Origin: Azolla caroliniana
Taxonomy: Eukaryota > Plantae > Polypodiophyta
DNA length: 64,000 nt
Direction of reading: 5' to 3'
NCBI GenBank assembly: GCA_043228905.1
Contig: JBHGNT010000015.1
Coordinates: 16,616,001 to 16,680,000, forward strand
In this document: positions 49,465 through 60,668 of the stretch, piece after piece
Numbering within the stretch: the first letter of the stretch is position 1
Layout: each line of letters starts with the position of its first letter
Translations under genes and position numbers: made by a program
Notes under the pieces: model-generated
Databases searched by the model: none
Seen by the model: the letters and a program-made list of their open reading frames with translations, nothing else
Told to the model about the DNA's origin: nothing

Positions 49465-50629
49465 TGTGTTATAAGCCGACATTCGAGAAGAACTGGTCCA
49501 TTGCTAGCGTAGTGTGACTACATAGCTTGTCTTCGTGGCGTGGCTTGCCTAGAAGCATAACATTGCGTAGACAGAAGATAACATGAAAGTGAGGAAGGAA
49601 TCGTTGGGATTTTGGACGTAAGAGATGAAAGAGTAGTAAAAAATAAATAGTGATCAACAAGATATGGCAAGATAGGATAAATAATGATATTTGAAGCAAT
49701 AAAAGAGATTTATAATTATTTGATGAAAGAGTTACAAAGTGGTTGTGAGCGTCGTTGAATTCGAACTTTGTCTCACAAAGTAATCGCTCTTCTATTTCTT
49801 GATAGTAAACCACAACAATCTTCACTTCAATATTTCGATGAAGATAAGAATCGAATCGCCGCCCTTTCATTGCGAGTTGAGCACCACAACCGCCAAGCTA
49901 GCTCTTCTCTTGTCTTTTCTTTTTCTCTCGCTCTTTCTATCTTATGATGTCTCTTATGTAATATAATTCTATTTGATTCTCTTGATATATCATACAATAT
50001 AGTTCTTTGATTTCAATTCCTTCCCTATCCTTGTGACTATACTCCCTTCTCCTTTTATAGGAAGGGGATGGTTTTGCATGTGGGCCATATGTCACACATG
50101 CAAAGCGGGCTCTTGCATGTGTGTTATATGGTGCACATGTAGTACATCACATGGTTTAGACTATAGATTATCAATTCAAATAATATAACATGCATTTTTA
50201 TACAAATCATGTATATTGGGTAAATGGTAAGGTTCGAGACTTGTAAGGTAGATGTTGTTGGTTCAAGTCCTCTCTTGCTAATGTAATATGCTATATGGTT
50301 CACATGTAGTACATTATAAGGTTTATGGTTTAAACCATACAATACTACTTCAAACAAAACAACACATATAGCTTTATATATTACAAGTATAGGGTAAATG
50401 GTAAGGTTTGAGAGTCCTAAGATAGGGGTTATTTGTTCAAGTCCTCTCTTGTCCATGTAATGTAGTATATATGTTTTTTATTTGTCTCTACATATAATGT
50501 ATAATATTATCAGAGTGTGTTGTTAATATTACCTTTATGTATAAAACATTATCAAGATTTATTCTATTTTAGTTATGTATTTATCTTATTGTAGACTTTT
50601 AATGTGAAGCTTTCCTATTTCACGAGATA
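49465..50629 (-). mobile_element. Probable solo LTR of the 4-bp-TSD family inserted in the copia leader
   Basis: Candidate TSD GTGT (49461-49464, 50630-50633). Family motif 'ggaatcgttgggattttggac' ~49596, minus-strand TATA ~50055, two tandem tRNA-like modules. Removal leaves a ~90-nt leader like the sister copia. Termini are decayed. Confidence 0.65.
50216..50450 (+). promoter_or_regulatory. Two tandem tRNA-like A/B-box modules (~174-bp duplication)
   Basis: TTGGGTAAATGG (50216) with GGTTCAAGTCC (50260), and TAGGGTAAATGG (50390) with TGTTCAAGTCC (50434); both pairs 44 nt apart. Confidence 0.6.
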
Positions 50630-53600
50630 GTGTTCGAGAGAGAAGGAAAAGAAGAAAGAAAGTTCATTGACAATGAATACTCAAATGGGGAGCGTTCTCC
50701 CTAGCGAGAAGTTGGATCGAAACAACTTTGTATCTTGGGAGTACAAGATGCACCAATACCTTGTCGGCCAAGGCTATTGGAGCTACATCAAAGGAGCACA
50801 AGAAAATCAACCCGACCCGAAAGACGCCGACTACGCAACATGGAGGCAAGCGGCAAGTCAAGTGATGTATTGCTTGGCGACATGTGTTCACGATCACATG
50901 CTCAGCTACATTTGAGAAGCTGAGATGCCAAGACGCCGAACGAAGCGTGGGAAAATCTACGAACGATTTTTGCCGCCAACACAACCGCGAGAAAGCTTCA
51001 ACTCCGCCAAGAGTTCAACAACATCCAACAAAGGGATATATCCATCAGAAGCTACACCTTGAAGATCAAGGAGCTTTGTGATGCACTCGGCTTGATAAGC
51101 GTCGACGTGGAGGATAACGAAATGGTGCAAATATGCCTCGGCGGCCTTGTACGACGGTTCGTTGCAATGAGGACTGTAGTACTAGCATGGGAGAATCCAC
51201 CCTCCTTCGATCTTCAATCCATTTAGTTGGTGGAAGAAAACCACATTAGAACAAGAAGCAACACCTCGGAAGGCCACATGCTTTACTCACACTTAGATGG
51301 AGGAAGAGGAGGTGGTCGTGCAAGAAGAGGCCGATTCAGCCGCGGACGAGACGGACGAGGCCCAACTTATGAAAACAACTCCCAATTTCGGCAACAAGAT
51401 GGATGCCATCGAATAACCTTTGGAAGAAGGGGGAGCTCCCATTCCGGTCGGAGTCGACAAAATTCAAACGAATGCAAACATTGCGGAAAAATAGGTCACC
51501 ACGAAGAAGAGTGTCGTAAGAAGATGCGCAAGTCGGCTTCCACAAGCCGACAACTCACCAATTACACCACCAATCCTGACTATCACCATCGTGGCGGAAT
51601 GTTCGTGATGAGATATAGAGAAAATTCTATATCGGTTTCTACTTTAACTAGTGCCTTTGGTCCGAAAGACGTATGGCTTGTCGACTCTGGTGCCTCGAAC
51701 CATATGACGTCTCATCAAGAATGGTTCCAAGAACTTTGAGAGCTGGAATGACCCAACTATGTTGAAACCGGAGATGACACTACTCATCCAATTTGGCACA
51801 TTGACAATGTTCCATTCGGAAAAGAACGTAAGCAAACTTATATTAAGAATTTCTTGCATGTACCTACCATTACGTAGAATTTGGTTTCTGTCGGCCAAAT
51901 TGTTGAGCAAGGGATGCAAGTTCGATTGAATCAAGGCGGTTGCTTCATCGAAAAAGAGCGTCGACTCATCGCTCGCGAACGAAGAGAGGGCCAAATGTTC
52001 ATTCTCGACTTGCACGAGATGAAATCGGCCATGTTCGCAAAAGGCATGAAAGCCAATTCCAACATAGAGTTATGGCACAAGCGAATTGGCCATATCAACC
52101 ATCAAAAGCTCAAGGCGATGCAATTGAAAGAAGTCATTGGGCTCCCAACCTTCAAAGAGAAGGAGATTGAAGGCGTGTGTGTAGCTTGCCAATTCGGCAA
52201 ACAACATCGACACCCGTTCCCAAAGGAGAGGAACGTAACCAAAGGCGTACTCGATGTAATTCATTCCGATGTATGGGGACAAGCTCAAACGGCTACATTC
52301 GGCGGATGCCGATACTACGTGGCCTTCATTGATGACTTCTCTAGACACACTTAGATCTACCCCATGCAGCAAAAGAGCGAAGTGTTTAGACACTTCCAAA
52401 AATTTAAGAATGAAGTCGAGAAAGCCACGGGCCGACATGTACGATGTCTTCGGTCGAATGGAGGAAAGGAGTACTTCTCCGATGAATTTCGGCCTTTCTC
52501 CAGAAAGAAGGAATTTGGCGAGAGTTTTCGTGTCGACATACGCCACAACAGAACAGAGTAGCCAAACGAAAGAATCAAGACATCCTCGAAGTAGCACGGG
52601 CCATGCTTAACAAGAAGCACATGCCAAAGTCGTACTGGGTAGAAGCAGCGAATATTGCCGTCTACCTCATGAATCGATCCACGACATCCGGATTGCATGA
52701 GGTTACTCCGCATGAGAAGTTTTTCGGAAAGAAGCCGGATCTATCATATGTTCGGATATTCGGCTCCATTGCATACATACACATCCCCAACTTGCATCCC
52801 CGACTTGAAGCGACAAAAGCTCGACCCGAAGTCGGAGAAATGTATCCTCGTAGGATACTCACTGGAGCAAAAGGGGTACAAGTGGGATAAAGAAGCCTTA
52901 GTATCTACAAACGAGAACCTACGTTGGTCTACCCATGAAAAGAACCCCATAAGCCGATTCGGCTACGATGAGTACATTGCGTATCATTACGGTTTTATGA
53001 CAAAGGTGGCGACAATACGGAACCAGAAACCTTTTCCGAAGCCGTGAAGAACCCACAATGGGTCAAAGCAATGAACGAGGAGATGTAGGCACTCTCCAAT
53101 AACAAGACATGGGATCTTGTCCCTTCTTCACAGCACAAGAAGGCGATCGGTTGTAGATGGATCTACAAAGTGAAATATAATGTTGACGGCTCTGTTAACC
53201 GTTACAAAGCTTGACTTGTAGCGAAAGGATACGCACAAACACATGGAGTCGACTAGGAAGAGACCTTTGCCCCGGAGGCAAAGATGACAACTGTGCGGAC
53301 CGTGATTGCACTTGCGGCGGCGAAAGGGTGACATCTCCATCAAATGGACGTAAAGGATACCTTTCTTCAAGGTGAATTAGAAGAGGAGGTGTATATGGTA
53401 CAACCACCTGTCTTCGAATCAAGCATCCATCTGAAAGTAGTCTACCAACTCAAGAAGCCTCTCTACTGCCTCAAGCAAGCACCATGTGCTTGGCACTCGA
53501 AGATAACACAATATCTTCGTCAAATCGGACTTTGAATGTCGAAATCCGACAACTCCCTCTACACAAGAAGCGATTCGGGAAGTCCGATTTTCATCCTTCT

Positions 53601-56289
53601 ATACGTGGATGATCTGGTCATTGGAGGTGAGTATTTAGTCAACATCAATAAGGTGAAGTCAGTCCGCTCCAACAAATTCGAGATGATAGACATGAAGGAG
53701 CTCCATTACTTCCTTGGAATCAAAGTAATTTGGATTCAGGCCGGCATTATGATCTCTCAATGACACTACATCCTTAATTTGTTATACAAGTTCGGGATGG
53801 TTGAGTGTAAATCTGTGGCAACCTCTCTAGATCGAAACCTCTTGAACTAGGTGCTGATTTCGGCACAGACGAGTGCGAGCCGAGTCAATATCGACACTTG
53901 ATCGGGAGCCTCATCTATCTCATGATCACTTGACCCAACCTTAACTATCCAGTCGGACTCCTTAGCCAATTCATGCAAACTCCGCGAGATATCCATTTCG
54001 ATTGCGCAAAGCGAGTATTATAATACGTGAGCGGCACAATGGATTATGGCATTCTCTACAAATCGGCGACACCAATTCGACTCAAAGGGTACACGGATGC
54101 CGATTGGGCCAGTTACAAAGCCGATCGACGATCAACCTCTAGTTTTGTCTTCTCCCTTGGCAACGGAGCGATTTCGTGGAGTAGCAAAAAGCAGCCAACC
54201 GTCGCTCTTTTGAGTATAGAGGACGAATACAAGGGCGCAATCATAGTTGTATGTGAAACCATATGGCTTAAGAGGATTTTGAAGGATCTGGGCGTTCCCA
54301 TCAAGGATCTGTCTCCCCTCTGCTACGACAACATGAGCAGTACTTTTTTGGCTCAGAACCCGGTGTTCCACGCACGCACAAAGCATATCGAAGTGCACTA
54401 TCACTTCATTTGAGAGCGCGTTCAGACCGGAGATGTCGACCTTCAATACATCAACGCAAATCTTCAAATGGAAGACATCTTCACCAAAGTCCTAGGAGCC
54501 GACAAGCTTCGACAATTCATGTCAGACCTTGGATTGACAATCCTTGACTTGCCAAGCTTGAGGGGGAGTACAAGGGAGAATCGAACACCGTCCGAACCGG
54601 GTACGAGCCGAAGTGGACACCAAAGATCGTTCGAGCCGGATACTAGCCGAAGCGGACATCAACCGAAAGGAACCAACCCGAGTTGAGCTTGAGGGGGGTG
54701 TGTTGAGAATCAAGTTGAACATAGTGCAATGTGTGAACATGCCTTTTGAGAATCTATGATCACTCAAAGGTCAAGAGTCACACCACTACTCTCTACACAT
54801 TAACTATGTGTCATAGAATCATATTCTATGACACATAACTATTGAGTTCTATATTCCCCATGACTACGAGTCTTCACATTCCTCAAGAGAGAGTAGTAGT
54901 TGTTGTGAGTTAATGAAGAGATAGGGTGACCTTATATAAAGCACCCTTCTCCGACTTTATACTAAGTCGGTTGCGACTCCTTGTAATGCTACATTTTGTA
55001 TTTGCTATTCTACTTGTCAATATACACATTCTTCTTGAGTATTCTATTTCCCATCTATCTTGTGTTTTTCTCTTCTCTGCTTTCTTTCCTCTCACACATA
55101 CACATAACACACATCTCTTCCGCTGCACAAGAATCATATCCGATTCTTTACACCTACTGATTATTCGATAGATAAAAATGAATTTTGGCAATTTAAGTGC
55201 AATTCATCACTACATTGATTCACAACGAGCACACATTCGCGGTTCTTTCCATAATGAACAATTTGATAATAACAACACGATTAATGATGACTTATTACTG
55301 GTTATAACATGTCACATCATTCAAGCATTAATTGTTTTCACAATCAAAAGCAAGTGTTCTTTGTCGTATTGTTATTGTGAAATTATTCAAGCAACTAGAC
55401 TACAAACATATATTGGTTCCTCTTCCATCTCCTATACACATAAACCAATGTAAAGCAAAGAGAACATGGGTTCCAAAGAAACATAACAACTTTTGTTACT
55501 AGAGCATGCTCATCTACTTGTAGTTTTAAATATCATAGAATAGGGAAAACTATCACATAACCTTAACAACTTGGGTCAATATCTTTGGGCATACATATAT
55601 CGTCTTAGATTGTAACTTTCTTTCAAGTTGACATTAATAATGTTCTCTTTATTAGCAAGTGACAAATAACACAAACCACATAATAACATGCATTAGTACA
55701 CCTACGAGTCTACACTTTTATTATTTATTAGACCGTCCTTTGTTTTGTTGGAGTTTTTCCATCTTACAGTCTCCATCAAAAATAGTATTTCACTTGTATA
55801 TAAATTATATCATTACCCATCATTCATCGTAAATTAGCTATACCCCTTACAAAGTTTCATTATTCTCATTCAAGATATCAATATGTTCATGTATTTAATA
55901 ATTTCTAGCTGGTGTTATTAACGATCAAGCTTACTATTGTTAAACTTTACAAGTAGTATTAACTATGCTTCTTAAAAAGAATTCTCATGGAATCCCACTC
56001 ACTTTTTATTTTTATATATTAACTTTCATTAGGTAAAAACTTTAAATATTCAAAACGAATCATAAGTTCATAAGAGGTAAGCTCAACCTTATGTTTTCAA
56101 CATAATATATTTATAATTAGAGAGGAATATAGAATAAGCAAAATAACGAATAAAATCAATTTGGAAAACTATAAAAGGACCCCAAGGCTGTGAAAGGCAT
56201 TTGTGTCTTAGTGTCTAACACAGAGCATCACCTCTACTTCTCTTTCTTTGTTAAGTAATCTCCTCTTGTGCACAACACACTTAGTGACA

Positions 56290-56649
56290 ATGAAGACAAC
56301 ATTCTTTGCCATCCTTTTCATTGCATTACTCTTAGTAGGCAGTGTCCAAGCCTCTTCTATTGTAAAGAACGAGTCACACAAAGACATCGTTCTCATCCCT
56401 GTAATTGATGTCAATGTCAATATCCTTGTAAAGGTAGGTGATATTGTTGAGGTGCCATCAAAGTATAGAAACTATCATGTGAAAAACCTTGGCAATGGTG
56501 CTAAGAGTGCACCAATTACGATCGTTGATGAATCTGTAACAGTGGTCGTGGATGGGAGTATTGAGGGCACTGTGAAGCTATTTGTTGGAGTTTTCATTGA
56601 TGGGGTGATTAGTATCTTGGCTAACGCTTTTGTGTTAGTGCAAATATAG
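56290..56649 (+). CDS. Intronless small secreted Val/Ile-rich protein, paralog 2 (119 aa)
   Basis: MKTTFFAILFIALLLVGSVQA| plus a 98-aa mature part with 16 differences from paralog 1 (counted by eye). TATA at 56170. Confidence 0.88.
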   Translation: MKTTFFAILFIALLLVGSVQASSIVKNESHKDIVLIPVIDVNVNILVKVGDIVEVPSKYRNYHVKNLGNGAKSAPITIVDESVTVVVDGSIEGTVKLFVGVFIDGVISILANAFVLVQI

Positions 56650-57023
56650 AGAATGGACCCTTCTTCCATAACGTACTTACAACAATACTTTCTACTAGTA
56701 TTGTTGTTTTATTGAACTCTACTATATTTTCTATGTGTCGTTGTTGTATTGTTCAAAGTTGCACCATTATATCATATGTAATCTAAGTGTATCCGTAATA
56801 ATTACAAAATTGGATCCTTGATTCAACATTTTTTGTTAAGTTTTTGTTGTCAACTTTATTTTGAAAGATGATTTAAAGGTGATTTTTTTTTCGTTTCTTG
56901 CAATTCTAGCTTGAGAAATCCATTGAAATTGCTATATAGTTTATTCTCATGGAATTGACTTTTCGTCATTTGATGTCGCACTTAGACAAAACTAACCAAT
57001 AGAAAACTTATGTATAGATTAGC

Positions 57024-57329
57024 GGATTGATGGAACAGATGATGCTTTAGAATTAATGAGGCTGAATTTCAGAAAACAATGGTGTACTACACCGATGGTT
57101 GTAGAAATTGGAGTGGATACACGGTGGCGGTACGTAGTACCGAGATGGTTGTTCCCCCCTCCCATTAGATGATAGAGGGGCGTGAATGACATGAGAAACA
57201 TGGAGAACAAACATGTGGGCTATTGAGTGTAAGAGAAATAAGTGAGGTAGCCCATATGGAAGTAGGTAATGACTAAAGATGTGCATTGTATGTCCTTTTA
57301 ACTAATGGAGTATATTCTTATTTGAAAAA
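57024..57329 (+). mobile_element. 5'-truncated L1-type retrocopy (ORF2 C terminus, 3' UTR, A-tail), 21-bp TSD
   Basis: TSD AAAACTTATGTATAGATTAGC at 57003-57023 and 57330-57350. Encodes ..QWCTTPMVVEIGVDTRWRYVVPRWLFPPPIR*. Confidence 0.85.
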
Positions 57330-58558
57330 AAAACTTATGTATAGATTAGCATAAAAAAATCATGGTGGTGGTTGCTTTCGTAATTCTTTATTGTAACATA
57401 TTGTCCTAGGTTCTAATTATAAACTTATTGTTCAAATGTTTTGCCTCTCATTCTTCTCTAAAATGATTTACTCTAAGCTCGCTCTCTCTATATCTCTAAC
57501 ACAATTGCTTAATTAACAAGGATTATTCTATGTGATTCGATCAAGAACCACACATTGTTTTTGGGTATCGAAGAAATGCACTTGTGTGATTATTGCACAT
57601 TCATAGAAATCAATATTTAAAACCCTCATGTTTTATTATATTTTGATTGATTTGATTTTTCAAAAAACTCAAGGAATTAACTTTTGAGAACCAAGACAAT
57701 CTAATATGATTTTCAAATTTAGACATCTTGTTCTCTAGAGTCTAAACTATAAACCTTTTGTTTTCATATATTGGTGATCTTACATTTATCTTTCTTCTCT
57801 TTAAGATTTTGAAATCAACCAAAATTAGGAAATGGTTCACTGAGAAAGCTTTTGTACTTGCGATTTGGTACCAATTTCTTTGAACAATCCTTTTGCTCAT
57901 TAGATTGTTCCATGACTATGTATATCGACCTTGACAATCTCGAAGGGGTGCTTAGTTATTGACTTTCTCCTGAATAGCCACCATCCATTTCTTGTTGATC
58001 TCCACAACATCTTTCCTACAATCAAGAATCAATGGAATGTGAGATTTGAGGAACTGTGCATGAATATTGTTGCTCCATGTTGGTCATTTGTGAAAGTTTT
58101 GTCAATGTAAGCCTTAAGGGAATCCATTGTGTTTGTCGGACTTTGGTTTAAGATAGAGAAGCATAAACACATATATCTACCTTTTATTGACTTCTTGATA
58201 CAATTTGTTCTCCAAGAGAATTTTATGTCGTCTCAGCTTAAAATAATTTATCCTCTCTACCTCTTCCCTCCAATCCACTAGCCAAACTATCCAATGTTAT
58301 GTTGCCCCAAACATCATATATTTGCATCATCCAAATGTGATTTCAAAATATGAGTGCCAATCAAAGAGCCTAATTGGCTTTGACACATAATCATTTTGTG
58401 AATATACTCTCATTACAGTATCCAAAACAAAACTCATTGTAAATGTGTCATACCTACCTAGCTTCTTGGAAAATTACTTACACATTTTATATATGTGATA
58501 GTGAGTGTAAATAATTACTACAAAATTCGATTTCACTATCTTCAAAAATCTAAGATGT

Positions 58559-59290
58559 TTTTGCAAAAAATCTGGAAACAATAACATGTTAAGCGAATTA
58601 CTATGTTCCAATGACAATCAATGCATAGGTCACTACTGGTTGGAGTGTGGCAGCGTGGGAACCTTATCTCTCCTAATTGCGTAACATAACCGAGTCAATT
58701 TGACACGCTCAGTGGGACTGCCCAAAGACCCATCGAATATGGTGGGGGGTTGGCTACCTACCGCAATGATGCTAGGTGCAAGGCACAATCAAGTGGGGGA
58801 ATGTACGTGTTGGTTATCATGGCAGACCCCCCAGTTGACAAGTACGAACATCAGAAGGAGATGACTATGGTGATAATAGCATAACATATTTTTTTTCCCA
58901 CCATCGACAATAATCACTCAACTCTTATTAGTGCCAAAGCTCAAGTTGTGTTGGAAATGGTCAACCCAATAACTCATTCGATTCTATGGAAACAATGGTA
59001 TAGACGGGTCTTCTCCAACTAAACCATGCATCAAGTAATGTTATTGTAGGAGATATGGAGTGAAGTTGTAGCCACTCTAAAGAGACAATACAATGGCCTC
59101 ACAAGTGGATCCGATGGAGTTGAAAGAAAACGATTAGCCTTCATCCAACAATGGTCATCCTCTCCCTTTCTTGAGTCAATGGGCATCCACATAAGATGGA
59201 ACTATCGCATCCATATAGGGATTTGTACATAACATTCTCATCTGCAAATTTTTATAACTAATGGAAGGAGTTTGTTTTAGGAAAAAAAAA
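58559..59290 (+). mobile_element. 5'-truncated L1-type retrocopy with A-tail
   Basis: TSD core TCTAAGATGT at 58549-58558 and 59292-59301. Encodes FIQQWSSSPFLESMGIHIRWNYRI, similar to the 57024 copy. 'taactaatgga' precedes the A-tail. Confidence 0.7.
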
Positions 59291-59335
59291 CTCTAAGATG
59301 TATCATGTATAGCATATATAGTTAGGTTGAAAATA

Positions 59336-59830
59336 GGGAAAAGTACCAGGATACCCCTGGAAGTTCCAAATTTACCAAACTACCCCTATGTCCAAAAAAT
59401 TACACTTTAAAAAGTAATTATACACTCAAATCTACAAGCCCTATTTACCAGAATACCCTTCAAACACAAATTTCTTTACTTAACCGATTCTTTGGGTCCT
59501 TTGTACCTAACAATGTAGTCTTTCTTTTCTTTCTTTTTCATTGGGTTGATCAATCGTTTTCATCATCAGGATCCATCGATGGTCAGTACTCTCTCTCTCT
59601 CTCTCTCTAACCACTAACCAATACTTTTTTTCTGTGCGTCTGTTTCTCTCCCTCCATCATTATTTGCGTTCTATAGCTCGTTGGAAAGCTCTTTCAGAGA
59701 TCTTTCTGATAAATTTTTATTTTCTTAATTCCGTTACCGTAGTGAGGAGTTATGAGCATTTTCGTCTGCATCCCTCTTTGCCCCACGGTTCCTCAAACTC
59801 AAGGTAGATTTTGAAACCCTAAATCGATTA
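59336..59830. mobile_element. Possible Mutator-like/MITE terminal fragment upstream of the LINE
   Basis: Starts GGGAAAAGTACC with repeated 'taccc'/'tacac' motifs and a 'cgttggaaagct' motif typical of plant MULE ends. No partner TIR in the window. Confidence 0.3.
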
Positions 59831-59873
59831 AAAGGTACATTCTACTTCTTCTATTATTTTATTAATAGTAAAT

Positions 59874-60662
59874 ATGCCAAGAGGAGTAAAAGTCAATGAT
59901 GAGGTGATTGAAAGCCCCAACAATCAAATGCATACTTTGTCAATGGAAAAGATCGCAACTATGTATATCTCATTGCAAGAGACAGTGATGCATATGCAAA
60001 GCGAAATGTATGCTTGCAAGGAGAAGGAATTAACTCTTCAACATACACTGGAAATGCAAAAGTTAGAGATTAAAGCTTTGTGTGAAGAACTACATGCAAT
60101 GAAGAACATGACTATTCAAATGCAAGATAATTGGATGCCTAAAATAGAAAGAAAAATGTTGATTCTTGAACCAGAAAAAGAGATTTTAGTGAAGGCAAAT
60201 AAGGAAGATGTGATCATGACAAGGTGGAAAGATGTTCTCTTGAAAGAAACACCAAAAATCACACAAAGACATTCTAATACCATGGATGTGTTAGATGCAA
60301 AGGAGCAATATGAAATCGAAAGAAGAAGGAATAATATTGTCATTAGAGGTATGCAAGAGAATGAAATAGAGAATGCATTATCTCTTGGACAAAATATTAC
60401 GAAATTCTTTGAAGATCACTTTGCTATGCGAGATGTTATTGTATATGCCGCACATAGAGTTGGCAAAAAGAAACTAGAGGTAAAGACATCTCGAGCTATT
60501 GTTTGTACAATCCTCGATGAACGTAGAAGGGCAATGATTCTAAATAGTAGTAAGGTGTACTTAAAAGGGACAAGTTTTTTTGTAACGGAGGATAGAACTC
60601 TACAAGAGCAAGAACGTAGAAGGCAAGCATATGCATCTCGGAAAGCAAATCAAAATGCATAG
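59874..60662 (+). CDS. LINE ORF1 (coiled coil plus L1/L2-type RRM-like domain)
   Basis: Intact 262-aa ORF: heptad-rich N half, then ERRRNNIVIRGMQE...AHRVGKK...SRAIVCTI...LKGTSFFVTEDRTLQEQERRR, typical of CR1/L2/RTEX ORF1. Confidence 0.85.
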   Translation: MPRGVKVNDEVIESPNNQMHTLSMEKIATMYISLQETVMHMQSEMYACKEKELTLQHTLEMQKLEIKALCEELHAMKNMTIQMQDNWMPKIERKMLILEPEKEILVKANKEDVIMTRWKDVLLKETPKITQRHSNTMDVLDAKEQYEIERRRNNIVIRGMQENEIENALSLGQNITKFFEDHFAMRDVIVYAAHRVGKKKLEVKTSRAIVCTILDERRRAMILNSSKVYLKGTSFFVTEDRTLQEQERRRQAYASRKANQNA

Positions 60663-60668
60663 CAAGCA

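Larger units (their letters stand above)
48964..55152 (+). mobile_element. Full-length but decayed Ty1/copia element, same lineage as 19124-24769, TSD CCTAC
   Basis: LTRs 48964-49417 and 54701-55152, PBS TGGTATCAGAG 49418, PPT GAGGGGGGTG 54691-54700, TSD 48959-48963 and 55153-55157. Gag EKLDRNNFVSWEYKMHQYL, WLVDSGAS, INT, YVDD, RH. Many stops. Confidence 0.95.
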
